A stretch of DNA of 41,921 bases from Nitrospirota bacterium. Its GTDB lineage: Bacteria > JACPQY01. Positions 40,415 to 41,921 of this stretch are shown here, piece after piece. The DNA lies in the NCBI GenBank assembly GCA_016180645.1, contig JACPAV010000019.1, positions 140,560 to 182,480 on the forward strand, given 5' to 3'. Below the pieces are notes generated by a model that worked only from the letters and a program-made list of their open reading frames with translations, was not told the origin of the DNA and searched no databases. A program made the position numbers and the translations under genes. The stretch's first letter is position 1. The number at the start of each line of letters is the position of its first letter.

Positions 40415-41692
40415 ATGAAACACATGATTACCTACAATTACTCGAAACAGATTGCCCGCGCTTTCGCGCTGATTGTGATCGCGTTCCCCTGCGGGTTCCG
40501 CCCGCTCCTCGCCGCGGAGTGGGCCTTCGCCGACCGCGAGCCGGACACCACCCGCGTCCTCATCGTCAATGGCACGGGCGTGGAGGGAACGGCCAGGGAA
40601 TTCGCCGTCTGGCTCCAGCGAAAGGGTTTCCGTGAGGTGAGCGCCGTGCCCATGTCGGCGGCTCCGACCAATTCTTCAGAGATCCATTACCGCCCCTCTC
40701 GTTGGCTGGAGGCGGAGAAGATTCTTAACTGGCTTCCACCTAGTAGCCAGGTTCAGACTCTGGCATGGAAGAGCAAATTTGATGTTGTAGCCGTCCTTGG
40801 CAGAGACGCCGTTGCAAAACGTGCGGTGTCATTCGCCCAGCGCACCCTTCCGGCCCCCGCCGCCATGGAGCGTGGCGCACAGATCCTTCGGCCCGCGGAA
40901 ATGTGCCCTGCGGAATCCAAAGACCTCACGGCAGCCTCCGGTGCCTTCCCATCGGGGCCTTTGAGCCGCCCCGCCCAGGAATCTCCGGCCGCTGTGACCG
41001 TGACGGCGGTTCACCCCGCCGCCGATCCCGCTCCCGCGCCCCCGCCTGAGGACGCGCTCACACCCAAAGTGCAGAAGCAGGAACGGGAGATCGCCCGGCT
41101 CTCGCAGGAGCTCACGGAACTGCGGAACCGGCCGCTGCAGAACGCTTTTTCAACGGACGCGGACCTGCCCACCCTGCCCAACAGCTTCCGGCCATTCCGC
41201 GCGGGCATTCACGCAGCCGCGCTTACACCTTTTGGCAAGACCGGCCAGGCGTTTGGACAGACCTTCGGCGGCCAAGCCACGCTTGGCTATGGGATCTCGG
41301 AGCCATGGAAGATCGAGCTCGCCGCGGGTGGCTTTTACAGCGCCGTACGGGTCACTCGCAAAGACAACACCACCGCCAACGGTTCCCTACTCCTCGCCCC
41401 CGCCAGCCTCTGCATTCTCCACGATTTCGGACGCGCCCGGATCAGGCCATTCGTGGGCGCCGGCCCCGCTCTCCAGTTCGCCAAGATCAGCAACAAGGCC
41501 GTTCTCCAGCCCGATCTCTCCGGCGCCAATTCGGCCGTGGGCTTCGGCTATGAACTTCGACTGGGAATGAGATATGCGCTCGGCCGAACATCCAAGCTCC
41601 TCGCGGAAGTGGGATGGATGGGCGCCGAGTACGAGATGGCCGGCGCGCGCGAAGGCTCCGGCCTCCGATTCTCCCTCGGCATCGGGCTGTAA
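40415..41692 (+). CDS. Exported protein: LytR C-terminal domain + Pro/Ala linker + coiled coil + outer-membrane beta-barrel
   Basis: RVLIVNGTGVEGTA..LQRKGF..SEIHY..FDVVAVLGRD resembles LytR_C. The C-terminal part has alternating strands (RPFVGAG, GFGYELRLGMRY, LRFSLGIGL). Start uncertain (40367, 40415 or 40424). Confidence 0.7.
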   Translation: MKHMITYNYSKQIARAFALIVIAFPCGFRPLLAAEWAFADREPDTTRVLIVNGTGVEGTAREFAVWLQRKGFREVSAVPMSAAPTNSSEIHYRPSRWLEAEKILNWLPPSSQVQTLAWKSKFDVVAVLGRDAVAKRAVSFAQRTLPAPAAMERGAQILRPAEMCPAESKDLTAASGAFPSGPLSRPAQESPAAVTVTAVHPAADPAPAPPPEDALTPKVQKQEREIARLSQELTELRNRPLQNAFSTDADLPTLPNSFRPFRAGIHAAALTPFGKTGQAFGQTFGGQATLGYGISEPWKIELAAGGFYSAVRVTRKDNTTANGSLLLAPASLCILHDFGRARIRPFVGAGPALQFAKISNKAVLQPDLSGANSAVGFGYELRLGMRYALGRTSKLLAEVGWMGAEYEMAGAREGSGLRFSLGIGL

Positions 41693-41921
41693 GCTCCCCT
41701 AACTCCCAAGCGGACGCCATCTCCCTGTCCCAACGGGCTCGCCACAAAGGCACCGCCTGTTCTCCTTCCTTCTACTCACCAAGAGACGGCCGCCTCTTAG
41801 CTCGACTTTTGCCATTTTTCCATTCCGGTCTCGTTTCAAAATTCATCGCTCAGAATCTCGCTCGGATGGGAAGGCATCTTCAGACACCGCTCAAGCGATT
41901 CGTAGGGGAGCATCTTCAGAT

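Noticed and set aside
41836-41921. Possible 3' end of a minus-strand gene (..LKMLPYESLERCLKMPSHPSEILSDEF*) with a 10-bp repeat CATCTTCAGA
   Set aside because: Too short and cut by the window edge to support a call.

Overview
GC-rich bacterial chromosome segment. The gene order parA-parB-bactofilin-atpF'-atpF-atpH-atpA-atpG-atpD suggests a deltaproteobacteria-like organism (inference). The left 9.7 kb is housekeeping: a truncated acyltransferase and an NAD-dependent epimerase on the minus strand, then the par/bactofilin/ATP synthase run, which stops at atpD with no atpC. The last 84 bp of atpD (9629-9712) recur as a 78/84-identical direct repeat at 16867-16950. The repeats bracket a ~7.2 kb, translationally coupled four-gene cassette: YfiR-like protein, hybrid histidine kinase, REC-GGDEF diguanylate cyclase and TonB-dependent receptor. 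This looks like an element integrated into the atpD 3' end, but no integrase is visible. The rest is almost all signalling or envelope genes. A seven-gene two-component cluster contains a poly-HAMP kinase and a CheR homologue that has lost its SAM-binding motifs. A giant Ser/Thr kinase-STAND-TPR-GAF-sigma54 activator carries a 3x54-bp hairpin repeat at its 3' end, and a stripped-down sigma54 activator lies divergent from it. Further right are a lipoprotein, a secreted GH9-like protein, an HD-GYP protein and a LytR_C/beta-barrel fusion, with two candidate sigma54 promoters. No rRNA, tRNA, CRISPR array, transposase or integrase was recognised. All assignments come from reading motifs by eye, and several start codons were moved from the ORF track.
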